Assembly (NCBI GenBank): GCA_964016885.1
Contig: OZ024741.1
Coordinates: 48,856,001-48,920,000 of the forward strand
DNA: 64,000 nucleotides
DNA from: Eledone cirrhosa
Taxonomy: Eukaryota
Reading direction: 5' to 3'
The stretch's first letter is position 1; each line of letters opens with the position of its first letter. The position numbers and the translations under genes were made by a program. Shown one piece after another: positions 38,801 to 53,800 of this stretch. Below the pieces are notes generated by a model, which had not been told where the DNA came from, made no database searches, and was given only the letters and a program-made list of their open reading frames with translations.

Positions 38801-41800
38801 AGTTACTATAGCAGTAGTAACTAGTCTATACTAGATCTATTACTGTGCGAATGGGGAGTTACTATACCAGTAGTAACTAGTCTATACTAGATCTACTTCT
38901 GTGATAATGTGGAGTTACTATACCAGTAGAAACTAGTCTATACTAGATCTATTACTGTGATAATGTGGAGTTACTATACCAGTAGAAACTAGTTTATACT
39001 AGATCTATTACTGTGATAATGTGGAGTTACACTACCAGTAGTAACTAGTCTATACTAGATCTATTACTGTGATAATGTGGAGTTACTATACCAGTAGTAA
39101 CTAGTCTATACTAGATCTATTACTGTGATAATGGGGTGTTACTATACCAGTAGTAACTAGTCTATACTAGATCTATTACTGTGATAATGGGGAGTTACTC
39201 AACCAGTAGTAACTAGTCTAAACTAGATCTATTACTGTGATAATGTCGAGTTACTGTACCAGTAGTAACTAGTCTATACTAGATCTATTACTGTGATAAT
39301 GTGGAGTTACTATACCAGTAGTAACTAGTCTATACTAGATCTATTACTGTGATAATGTGGAGTTACTGTACCAGTAGTAATTAGTCTATACTAGATCTAC
39401 AACTGGGATAATGTGGAGTTACTATACCAGTAGTAACTAGTCTATACTAGATCTATTACTGTGATAATGGGGTGTTACTATACCAGTAGTAACTAGTCTA
39501 TACTAGATCTATTACTGTGATAATGTGGAGTTACACTACCAGTAGTAACTAGTCTATACTAGATCTATTACTGTGTTAATGTGGCGTTACTATACTAGTA
39601 GTAACTAGTCTATACTAGATCTATTGCTGTGATAATGTGGAGTTACTGTACCAGTAGTAACTAGTCTATACTAGATCTATTACTGTGATAATGTGGAGTT
39701 ACTGTACCAGTAGTAACTCGTCCATACTAGATCTATTACTGTGATAATGGGGAGTTACTGTACCAGTAGTAACTCATCCAAACTAGATCTATTACTGTGA
39801 TAACGAGGAGTTACACTACCAGTAGTAACTACTCTATACTAGATCTATTACTGTGATAATGTGGAGTTACTATACCAGTAGTAACTAGTCTATACTAGAT
39901 CTATTACTGTGATAATGTGGAGTTACTGTACCAGTAGTAACTCGTCCATACTAGATCTATTACTGTGATAATGGAGTGTTACTATACCAGTAGTAACTAG
40001 TCTATACTAGATCTATTACTGTGATAATGTGGAGTTACCGTACCAGTAGTAACTAGTCTATACTAGATCTATTACTGTGATAATGTGGAGTTACTGTACC
40101 AGTAGTAACTAGTCTATACTAGATCTATTACTGTGATAATGTGGAGTTACTGTACCAGTAGTAACTAGTCTATACTAGATCTATTACTGTGATAATGTGG
40201 AGTTTCTATACCAGTAGTAACTAGTCTATACTAGATCTACTTCTGTGATAATGTGGAGTTAATATACCAGTAGTAACTAGTCTATACTAGATCTATTACT
40301 GTGATAATGTGGGGTTACTATACCAGTAGAAATTAGTCTATACTAGATCTATTACTGTGATAATGTGGAGTTACTATACCAGTAGAAACTAGTTTATACT
40401 AGATCTATTACTGTGATAATGTGGAGTTACTATACCAGTAGAAACTAGTCTATACTAGATCTATTACTGTGATAATGTGGAGTTACTATACCAGTAGAAA
40501 CTAGTTTATACTAGATCTATTACTGTGATAATGTGGAGTTACTATACCAGTAGTAACTAGTCTAAACTAGATCTATTACTGTGATAATGTCGAGTTACTA
40601 TACCAGTAGAAACTAGTCTATACTGGATCTATTACTGTGTTAATGTGGCGTTACTATACTAGTAGTAACTAGTCTATACTAGATCTATTACTGTGATAAT
40701 GTGTAGTTACTGTACCAGTAGTAACTAGTCTATACTAGATCTATTACTGTGATTATGTGGAGTTACTATACCAGTAGTAACTAGTCTATAGTAGATCTAT
40801 TACTGTGATAATGAAGAGTTACACTACCATTAGTAACTAGTCTATACTAGATCTATTACTGTGATAATGTGGAGTTACTATACCAGTAGAAACTAGTCTA
40901 TACTAGATCTATTACTGTGATAATGAGGAGATACTATACCAGCAGTAACTAGTCTATACTAGATCTATTACTGTGATAATGAGGAGATACTATACCAGCA
41001 GTAACTAGTCTATACTAGATCTATTACTGTGATAATGATGAGTTACTATACCAGCAGTAACTAGTCTATACTAGATCTACAACTGGGATAATGTGGAGTT
41101 ACTATACCAGTAGAAACTAGTCTATACTAGATCTACTTCTGTGATAATGTGGAGTTACTATACCAGTAGTAACTACTCTATACTAGATATACAACTGGGA
41201 TAATGTGGAGTTACTGTACCAGTAGTAACTAGTCTATACTAGATCTATTACTGTGATAATGTGGAGTTACTGTACCAGTAGTAACTAGTCTATACTAGAT
41301 CTATTACTGTGATAATGTGGAGTTACTGTACCAGTAGTAACTAGTCTAAACTAGATCTATTACTGTGATAATGTGGAGTTACTGTACCAGTAGTAACTAG
41401 TCTATACTAGATCTATTACTGCGATAATGTGGAGTTACTATACCAGTAGAAACTAGTCTATATTAGATCTATTACTGTGATAATGTGGAGTTACTATACC
41501 AGTAGTAACTAGTCTAAACTAGATCTATTACTGTGATAATGTCGAGGTACTATACCAGTAGAAACTAGTCTATACTAGATCTAGTTCTGTGATAATGTGG
41601 AGTTACTATACCAGTAGTAACTAGTCTATACTAGATCTATTACTGTAATAATGTGGAGTTACTGTACCTGTAGTAACTAGTCTAAACTAGATCTATTACT
41701 GTGATAATGTCGAGTTACTATACCAGTAGAAACTAGTCTATACTAGATCTAGTTCTGTGATAATGTGGAGTTACTATACCAGTAGTAACTAGTCTATACT

Positions 41801-44800
41801 AGATCTATTACTGCGATAATGGGGAGTTACTATACCAGTAGAAACTAGTCCATACTAGATCTATTACTGTGATAATGGGGTGTTACTATACCAGTAGTAA
41901 CTAGTCTATACTAGATCTATTACTGTGATAATGTGGAGTTACTGTACCAGTAGTAACTAGTCTATACTAGATCTATTACTGTGATAATGTGGAGTTACTG
42001 TACCAGTAGTAACTAGTCTATACTAGATCTATTACTGTGATAATGTGGAGTTACTGTACCAGTAGTAACTAGTCTATACTAGATCTATTACTGTAATAAT
42101 GTGGAGTTACTATACCAGTAGTAACTAGTCTATACTAGATCTAGTTCTGTGATAATGTGGAGTTACTGTACCAGTAGTAACTAGTCTATACTAGATCTAT
42201 TACTGTGCAAATGGGGAGTTACTATACCAGTAGTAACTAGTCTATACTAGACCTATTACTGTGATAATGTGGAGTTACTATACCAGTAGTAACTAGTCTA
42301 TACTAGATCAACTTCTGTGATAATGTGGAGTTACTATACCAGTAGTAACTAGTCTATACTAGATCTATTACTGTGATAATGTGGGGTTACTATACCAGTA
42401 GAAACTAGTCTATACTAGATCTATTTCTGTGATAATGTGGGGTTACTATACCAGTAGTAACTAGTCTATACTAGATCTATTATTGTGAGAATGGGGAGTT
42501 ACTATACCAGTAGTAACTAGTTTATACTAGATCTATTACTGTGATAATCGGGAGTTACTATACCAGTAGAAACTAGTTTATACTAGATCTATTACTGTGA
42601 TAATGTGGAGTTACTATACCAGTAGTAACTAGTCTAAACTAGATCTATTACTGTGATAATGTCGAGTTACTATACCAGTAGAAACTAGTCTATACTGGAT
42701 CTATTACTGTGTTAATGTGGCGTTACTATACTAGTAGTAACTAGTCTATACTAGATCTATTGCTGTGATAATGTGGAGTTACTGTACCAGTAGTAACTAG
42801 TCTATACTAGATCTATTACTGTGATAATGTGGAGTTACTGTACCAGTAGTAACTCGTCCATACTAGATCTATTACTGTGATAATGGGGAGTTACTGTACC
42901 AGTAGTAACTCATCCAAACTAGATCTATTACTGTGATAACGAGGAGTTACACTACCAGTAGTAACTACTCTATACTAGATCTATTACTGTGATAATGTGG
43001 AGTTATTATACCAGTAGTAACTAGTCTATACTAGATCTATTACTGTGATAATGTGGAGTTACTGTACCAGTAGTAACTCGTCCATACTAGATCTATTACT
43101 GTGATAATGGAGTGTTACTATACCAGTAGTAACTAGTCTATACTAGATCTATTACTGTGATAATGTGGAGTTACCGTACCAGTAGTAACTAGTCTATACT
43201 AGATCTATTACTGTGATAATGTGGAGTTACTGTACCAGTAGTAACTAGTCTATACTAGATCTATTACTGTGATAATGTGGAGTTACTGTACCAGTAGTAA
43301 CTAGTCTATACTAGATCTATTACTGTGATAATGTGGAGTTTCTATACCAGTAGTAACTAGTCTATACTAGATCTACTTCTGTGATAATGTGGAGTTAATA
43401 TACCAGTAGTAACTAGTCTATACTAGATCTATTACTGTGATAATGTGGGGTTACTATACCAGTAGAAACTAGTCTATACTAGATCTATTACTGTGATAAT
43501 GTGGAGTTACTATACCAGTAGAAACTAGTTTATACTAGATCTATTACTGTGATAATGTGGAGTTACTATACCAGTAGAAACTAGTCTATACTAGATCTAT
43601 TACTGTGATAATGTGGAGTTACTATACCAGTAGAAACTAGTTTATACTAGATCTATTACTGTGATAATGTGGAGTTACTATACCAGTAGTAACTAGTCTA
43701 AACTAGATCTATTACTGTGATAATGTCGAGTTACTATACCAGTAGAAACTAGTCTATACTGGATCTATTACTGTGTTAATGTGGCGTTACTATACTAGTA
43801 GTAACTAGTCTATACTAGATCTATTACTGTGATAATGTGTAGTTACTGTACCAGTAGTAACTAGTCTATACTAGATCTATTACTGTGATTATGTGGAGTT
43901 ACTATACCAGTAGTAACTAGTCTATAGTAGATCTATTACTGTGATAATGAAGAGTTACACTACCATTAGTAACTAGTCTATACTAGATCTATTACTGTGA
44001 TAATGTGGAGTTACTATACCAGTAGAAACTAGTCTATACTAGATCTATTACTGTGATAATGAGGAGATACTATACCAGCAGTAACTAGTCTATACTAGAT
44101 CTATTACTGTGATAATGAGGAGATACTATACCAGCAGTAACTAGTCTATACTAGATCTATTACTGTGATAATGATGAGTTACTATACCAGCAGTAACTAG
44201 TCTATACGAGATCTACAACTGGGATAATGTGGAGTTACTATACCAGTAGAAACTAGTCTATACTAGATCTACTTCTGTGATAATGTGGAGTTACTATACC
44301 AGTAGTAACTACTCTATACTAGATATACAACTGGGATAATGTGGAGTTACTGTACCAGTAGTAACTAGTCTATACTAGATCTATTACTGTGATAATGTGG
44401 AGTTACTGTACCAGTAGTAACTAGTCTATACTAGATCTATTACTGTGATAATGTGGAGTTACTGTACCAGTAGTAACTAGTCTAAACTAGATCTATTACT
44501 GTGATAATGTGGAGTTACTGTACCAGTAGTAACTAGTCTATACTAGATCTATTACTGAGATAATGTGGAGTTACTATACCAGTAGAAACTAGTCTATATT
44601 AGATCTATTACTGTGATAATGTGGAGTTACTATACCAGTAGTAACTAGTCTAAACTAGATCTATTACTGTGATAATGTCGAGGTACTATACCAGTAGAAA
44701 CTAGTCTATACTAGATCTAGTTCTGTGATAATGTGGAGTTACTATACCAGTAGTAACTAGTCTATACTAGATCTATTACTGTAATAATGTGGAGTTACTG

Positions 44801-47800
44801 TACCTGTAGTAACTAGTCTAAACTAGATCTATTACTGTGATAATGTCGAGTTACTATACCAGTAGAAACTAGTCTATACTAGATCTAGTTCTGTGATAAT
44901 GTGGAGTTACTATACCAGTAGTAACTAGTCTATACTAGATCTATTACTGCGATAATGGGGAGTTACTATACCAGTAGAAACTAGTCCATACTAGATCTAT
45001 TACTGTGATAATGGGGTGTTACTATACCAGTAGTAACTAGTCTATACTAGATCTATTACTGTGATAATGTGGAGTTACTGTACCAGTAGTAACTAGTCTA
45101 TACTAGATCTATTACTGTGATAATGTGGAGTTACTGTACCAGTAGTAACTAGTCTATACTAGATCTATTACTGTGATAATGTGGAGTTACTGTACCAGTA
45201 GTAACTAGTCTATACTAGATCTATTACTGTAATAATGTGGAGTTACTATACCAGTAGTAACTAGTCTATACTAGATCTAGTTCTGTGATAATGTGGAGTT
45301 ACTGTACCAGTAGTAACTAGTCTATACTAGATCTATTACTGTGCAAATGGGGAGTTACTATACCAGTAGTAACTAGTCTATACTAGACCTATTACTGTGA
45401 TAATGTGGAGTTACTATACCAGTAGTAACTAGTCTATACTAGATCAACTTCTGTGATAATGTGGAGTTACTGTACCAGTAGTAACTAGTCTATACTAGAT
45501 CAACTTCTGTGATAATGTGGAGTTACTATACCAGTAGTAACTAGTCTATACTAGATCTATTACTGTGATAATGTGGGGTTACTATACCAGTAGAAACTAG
45601 TCTATACTAGATCTATTTCTGTGATAATGTGGGGTTACTATACCAGTAGTAACTAGTCTATACTAGATCTATTATTGTGAGAATGGGGAGTTACTATACC
45701 AGTAGTAACTAGTCTATAATAGATCTATTACTGTGATAATGTGGAGTTACTGTACCAGTAGTAACTAGTCTATACTAGATCTATTACTGTGATAATGGGG
45801 AGTTACTGTACCAGTAGTAACTAGTCTATACTAGATCTATTACTGTGATAATATGGAGTTACACTACCAGTAGTAACTAGTCTATACTAGATCTATTACT
45901 GTGATAATGGGGAATTACTATACCAGTAGTAACTAGTCTAAACTAGATCTATTACTGTGATAATGGGGAGTTACTATACCAGTAGAAACTAGTCTATACT
46001 AGATCTATTACTGTGATAATGGGGAGTTACTATACCAGTAGAAACTAGTCTAAACTAGATCTATTACTGTGATAATGGGGAGTTACTATACCAGTAGTAA
46101 CTAGTCTATACTAGATCTATTACTGTGATAATGTGGAGTTACTGTACCAGTAGTAACTAGTCTATACTAGATCTATTACTGTGATAATGGGGAGTTACTA
46201 TACCAGTAGAAACTAGTCTATACTAGATCTATTACTGTGATAATGGTGAGTTACTATACCAGTAGAAACTAGTCTATACTAGATCTATTACTGTGATAAT
46301 GTGGAGTTACTATACCAGTAGAAATTAGTTTATACTAGATCTATTACTGTGATAATGGGGAGTTACTATACCAGTAGAAACTAGTCAATACTAGATCTAT
46401 TACTGTGATAATGTGGAGTTACTATACCAGTAGAAACTAGTTTATACTAGATCTATTACTGTGATAATGTGGAGTTACTATACCAGTAGTAACTAGTCTA
46501 AACTAGATCTATTACTGTGATAATGTTGAGTTACTATACCAGTAGAAACTAGTCTATACTGGATCTATTACTGTGTTAATGTGGCGTTACTATACTAGTA
46601 GTAACTAGTCTATACTAGATCTATTACTGTGATAATGTGGAGTTACTGTACCAGTAGTAACTAGTCTATACTAGATCTATTACTGGTCGAATGGGGAGTT
46701 ACTATACCAGTAATAACTCGTCCATACTAGATCTATTACTGTGATAATGGGGAGTTACTGTACCAGTAGTAACTCGTCCATACTAGATCTATTACTGTGA
46801 TAATGAGGAGTTACACTACCAGTAGTAAATACTCTATACTAGATCTATTACTGTGATAATGTGGAGTTACTATACCAGTAGTAACTAGTCTATACTAGAT
46901 CTATTACTGTGATAATGGGGAGTTACTGTACCAGTAGTAACTAGTCTATACTAGATCTATTACTGTGATAATATGGAGTTACACTACCAGTAGTAACTAG
47001 TCTATACTAGATCTATTACTGTGATAATGGGGAATTACTATACCAGTAGTAACTAGTCTAAACTAGATCTATTACTGTGATAATGGGGAGTTACTATACC
47101 AGTAGAAACTAGTCTATACTAGATCTATTACTGTGATAATGGGGAGTTACTATACCAGTAGAAACTAGTCTATAATAGATCTATTACTGTGATAATGTGG
47201 AGTTACTATACCAGTAGTAACTAGTCTATACTAGATCTATTACTGTGATAATGAGGAGTTACACTACCAGTAGTAACTACTCTATACTAGATGTATTATT
47301 GTGATAACGGGGAGTTGCTATACCAGTAGTAACTAGTCTATACTAGATCTATTACTGTGATAATGTGGAGTTACACTACCAGTAGTAACTAGTCTATACT
47401 AGATCTATTACTGTGATAATGAGGAGATACTATACCAGTAGTAACTAGTCTATAGTAGATCTATTACTGTGATAATATGGAGTTACTATACCAGTAGTAA
47501 CTAGTCTATACTAGATCTATTATTATGATAATGGGGAGTTACTATACCAGTATTAACTAGTCTATACTAGATCTACTTCTGTGATAATGTGGAGTTACTG
47601 TACCAGTAGTAACTAGTCTATACTAGATCTATTACTGTGATAATGAGGAGATACTATACCAGCAGTAACTAGTCTATACTAGATCTATTACTGTGATAAT
47701 GAGGAGATACTATACCAGCAGTAACTAGTCTATACTAGATCTATTACTGTGATAATGATGAGTTACTATACCAGCAGTAACTAGTCTATACTAGATCTAC

Positions 47801-50800
47801 AACTGGGATAATGTGGAGTTACTATACCAGTAGAAACTAGTCTATACTAGATCTACTTCTGTGATAATGTGGAGTTACTATACCAGTAGTAACTACTCTA
47901 TACTAGATATACAACTGGGATAATGTGGAGTTACTGTACCAGTAGTAACTAGTCTATACTAGATCTATTACTGTGATAATGTGGAGTTACTGTACCAGTA
48001 GTAACTAGTCTATACTAGATCTATTACTGTGATAATGTGGAGTTACTGTACCAGTAGTAACTAGTCTAAACTAGATCTATTACTGTGATAATGTGGAGTT
48101 ACTGTACCAGTAGTAACTAGTCTATACTAGATCTATTACTGCGATAATGTGGAGTTACTATACCAGTAGAAACTAGTCTATATTAGATCTATTACTGTGA
48201 TAATGTGGAGTTACTATACCAGTAGTAACTAGTCTAAACTAGATCTATTACTGTGATAATGTCGAGGTACTATACCAGTAGAAACTAGTCTATACTAGAT
48301 CTAGTTCTGTGATAATGTGGAGTTAATATACCAGTAGTAACTAGTCTATACTAGATCTATTACTGTAATAATGTGGAGTTACTGTACCTGTAGTAACTAG
48401 TCTAAACTAGATCTATTACTGTGATAATGTCGAGTTACTATACCAGTAGAAACTAGTCTATACTAGATCTAGTTCTGTGATAATGTGGAGTTACTATACC
48501 AGTAGTAACTAGTCTATACTAGATCTATTACTGCGATAATGGGGAGTTACTATACCAGTAGAAACTAGTCCATACTAGATCTATTACTGTGATAATGGGG
48601 TGTTACTATACCAGTAGTAACTAGTCTATACTAGATCTATTACTGTGATAATGTGGAGTTACTGTACCAGTAGTAACTAGTCTATACTAGATCTATTACT
48701 GTGATAATGTGGAGTTACTGTACCAGTAGTAACTAGTCTATACTAGATCTATTACTGTGATAATGTGGAGTTACTGTACCAGTAGTAACTAATCTATACT
48801 AGACCTATTACTGTGATAATGTGGAGTTACTATACCAGTAGTAACTAGTCTATACTAGATCAACTTCTGTGATAATGTGGAGTTACTATACCAGTAGTAA
48901 CTAGTCTATACTAGATCTATTACTGTGATAATGTGGAGTTACTATACCAGTAGAAACTAGTCTATACTAGATCTACTTCTGTGATAATGTGGGGTTACAC
49001 TACCAGTAGTAACTAGTCTATACTAGATCTATTACTGTGATAATGGGGAATTACTATACCAGTAGTAACTAGTCTAAACTAGATCTATTACTGTGATAAT
49101 GGGGAGTTACTATACCAGTAGAAACTAGTCTATACTAGATCTATTACTGTGATAATGGGGAGTTACTATACCAGTAGAAACTAGTCTAAACTAGATCTAT
49201 TACTGTGATAATGGAGAGTTACTATACCAGTAGTAACTAGTCTATACTAGATCTATTACTGTGATAATGTGGAGTTACTGTACCAGTAGTAACTAGTCTA
49301 TACTAGATCTATTACTGTGATAATGGGGAGTTACTATACCAGTAGAAATTAGTTTATACTAGATCTATTACTGTGATAATGGGGAGTTACTATACCAGTA
49401 GAAACTAGTCAATACTAGATCTATTACTGTGATAATGTGGAGTTACTATACCAGTAGAAACTAGTTTATACTAGATCTATTACTGTGATAATGTGGAGTT
49501 ACTATACCAGTAGTAACTAGTCTAAACTAGATCTATTACTGTGATAATGTCGAGTTACTATACCAGTAGAAACTAGTCTATACTGGATCTATTACTGTGT
49601 TAATGTGGCGTTACTATACTAGTAGTAACTAGTCTATACTAGATCTATTACTGTGATAATGTGGAGTTACTGTACCAGTAGTAACTAGTCTATACTAGAT
49701 CTATTACTGGTCGAATGGGGAGTTACTATACCAGTAATAACTCGTCCATACTAGATCTATTACTGTGATAATGGGGAGTTACTGTACCAGTAGTAACTCG
49801 TCCATACTAGATCTATTACTGTGATAATGAGGAGTTACACTACCAGTAGTAAATACTCTATACTAGATCTATTACTGTGATAATGTGGAGTTACTATACC
49901 AGTAGTAACTAGTCTATACTAGATCTATTACTGTGATAATGTGGAGTTACTGTACCAGTAGTAACTCGTCCATACTAGATCTATTACTGTGATAATGGGG
50001 TGTTACTATACCAGTAGTAACTAGTCTATACTAGATCTATTACTGTGATAATGTGGAGTTACCGTACCAGTAGTAACTAGTCTATACTAGATCTATTACT
50101 GTGATAATGTGGAGTTACTGTACCAGTAGTAACTAGTCTATACTAGATCTATTACTGTGATAATGTGGAGTTACTGTACCAGTAGTAACTAGTCTATACT
50201 AGATCTATTACTGTGATAATGGGGAGTTATTATACCAGTAGTAACTAGTCTATACTAGATCTATTACTGTGATAATGTGGAGTTACTGTACCAGTAGTAA
50301 CTAGTCTATACTAGATCTGTTACTGGTCGAATGGGGAGTTACTATACCAGTAGTAACTAGTCTATACTAGATCTATTACTGTGATAATGTGCAGTTACTA
50401 TACCAGTAGTAACTAGTCTATACTAGATCTATTACTGTGATAATGTGGGGTTACTATGCCAGTAGAAACTAGTCTATACTAGATCTAGTACTGTGATAAT
50501 GTGGAGTTACTATACCAGTAGAAACTAGTTTATACTAGATCTATTACTGTGATAATGTGGAGTTACACTACCAGTAGTAACTAGTCTATACTAGATCTAT
50601 TACTGTGATAATGTGGAGTTACTATACCAGTAGTAACTAGTCTATACTAGATCTATTACTGTGATAATGTGGAGTTACACTACCAGTAGAAACTAGTCTA
50701 TACTAGATCTATTACTGTGATAATGTGGAGTTACTATACCAGTAGAAACTAGTTTATACTAGATCTGTTACTGTGATAATGTGGAGTTACTATACCAGTA

Positions 50801-53800
50801 GAAACTAGTTTATACTAGATCTATTACTGTGATAATGTGGAGTTACTATACCAGTAGAAACTAGTCTATACTAGATCTATTACTGTGATAATGTGGAGTT
50901 ACTATACCAGTAGAAACTAGTTTATACTAGATCTATTACTGTGATAATGTGGAGTTACTATACCAATAGAAACTAGTCTATACTAGATCTATTACTGTGA
51001 TAATGTGGAGTTACTATACCAGTAGAAACTAGTTTATACTAGATCTATTACTGTGATAATGTGGAGTTACTGTACCAGTAGTAACTAGTCTATACTAGAT
51101 CTATTACTGTAATAATGTGGAGTTACTATACCAGTAGTAACTAGTCTATACTAGATCTAGTTCTGTGATAATGTGGAGTTACTGTACCAGCAGTAACTAG
51201 TCTATACTAGATCTATTACTGTGCGAATGGGGAGTTACTATACCAGTAGTAACTAGTCTATACTAGACCTATTACTGTGATAATGTGGAGTTACTATACC
51301 AGTAGTAACTAGTCTATACTAGATCAACTTCTGTGATAATGTGGAGTTACTATACCAGTAGTAACTAGTCTATACTAGATCTATTACTGTGATAATGTGG
51401 GGTTACTATACCAGTAGAAACTAGTCTATACTAGATCTACTTCTGTGATAATGTGGGGTTACTATACCAGTAGTAACTAGTCTATACTAGATCTATTATT
51501 GTGAGAATGGGGAGTTACTATACCAGTAGTAACTAGTCTATAATAGATCTATTACTGTGATAATGTGGAGTTACTGTACCAGTAGTAACTAGTCTATACT
51601 AGATCTATTACTGTGATAATGGGGAGTTACTGTACCAGTAGTAACTAGTCTATACTAGATCTATTACTGTGATAATATGGAGTTACACTACCAGTAGTAA
51701 CTAGTCTATACTAGATCTATTACTGTGATAATGGGGAATTACTATACCAGTAGTAACTAGTCTAAACTAGATCTATTACTGTGATAATGGGGAGTTACTA
51801 TACCAGTAGAAACTAGTCTATACTAGATCTATTACTGTGATAATGGGGAGTTACTATACCAGTAGAAACTAGTCTAAACTAGATCTATTACTGTGATAAT
51901 GGGGAGTTACTATACCAGTAGTAACTAGTCTATACTAGATCTATTACTGTGATAATGTGGAGTTACTGTACCAGTAGTAACTAGTCTATACTAGATCTAT
52001 TACTGTGATAATGGGGAGTTACTATACCAGTAGAAACTAGTCTATACTAGATCTATTACTGTGATAATGGTGAGTTACTATACCAGTAGAAACTAGTCTA
52101 TACTAGATCTATTACTGTGATAATGTGGAGTTACTATACCAGTAGAAATTAGTTTATACTAGATCTATTACTGTGATAATGGGGAGTTACTATACCAGTA
52201 GAAACTAGTCAATACTAGATCTATTACTGTGATAATGTGGAGTTACTATACCAGTAGAAACTAGTTTATACTAGATCTATTACTGTGATAATGTGGAGTT
52301 ACTATACCAGTAGTAACTAGTCTAAACTAGATCTATTACTGTGATAATGTCGAGTTACTATACCAGTAGAAACTAGTCTATACTGGATCTATTACTGTGT
52401 TAATGTGGCGTTACTATACTAGTAGTAACTAGTCTATACTAGATCTATTACTGTGATAATGTGGAGTTACTGTACCAGTAGTAACTAGTCTATACTAGAT
52501 CTATTACTGGTCGAATGGGGAGTTACTATACCAGTAATAACTCGTCCATACTAGATCTATTACTGTGATAATGGGGAGTTACTGTACCAGTAGTAACTCG
52601 TCCATACTAGATCTATTACTGTGATAATGAGGAGTTACACTACCAGTAGTAAATACTCTATACTAGATCTATTACTGTGATAATGTGGAGTTACTATACC
52701 AGTAGTAACTAGTCTATACTAGATCTATTACTGTGATAATGTGGAGTTACTGTACCAGTAGTAACTCGTCCATACTAGATCTATTACTGTGATAATGGGG
52801 TGTTACTATACCAGTAGTAACTAGTCTATACTAGATCTATTACTGTGATAATGTGGAGTTACCGTACCAGTAGTAACTAGTCTATACTAGATCTATTACT
52901 GTGATAATGTGGAGTTACTGTACCAGTAGTAACTAGTCTATACTAGATCTATTACTGTGATAATGTGGAGTTACTGTACCAGTAGTAACTAGTCTATACT
53001 AGATCTATTACTGTGATAATGGTGAGTTACTATACCAGTAGTAACTAGTCTATACTAGATCTATTACTGTGATAATGTGGAGTTACTGTACCAGTAGTAA
53101 CTAGTCTATACTAGATCTATTACTGGTCGAATGGGGAGTTACTATACCAGTAGTAACTAGTCTATACTAGATCTATTACTGTGATAAGGTGCAGTTACTA
53201 TACCAGTAGTAACTAGTCTATACTAGATCTACTTCTGTGATAATGTGGAGTTACTATACCAGTAGTAACTAGTCTATACTAGATCTATTACTGTGATAAT
53301 GTGGGGTTACTATGCCAGTAGAAACTAGTCTATACTAGATCTAGTACTGTGATAATGTGGAGTTACTATACCAGTAGAAACTAGTTTATACTAGATCTAT
53401 TACTGTGATAATGTGGAGTTACACTACCAGTAGTAACTAGTCTATACTAGATCTATTACTGTGATAATGTGGAGTTACTATACCAGTAGTAACTAGTCTA
53501 TACTAGATCTATTACTGTGATAATGTGGAGTTACACTACCAGTAGAAACTAGTCTATACTAGATCTATTACTGTGATAATGTGGAGTTACTATACCAGTA
53601 GAAACTAGTTTATACTAGATCTGTTACTGTGATAATGTGGAGTTACTATACCAGTAGAAACTAGTTTATACTAGATCTATTACTGTGATAATGTGGAGTT
53701 ACTATACCAGTAGAAACTAGTCTATACTAGATCTATTACTGTGATAATGTGGAGTTACTATACCAGTAGAAACTAGTTTATACTAGATCTAATACTGTGA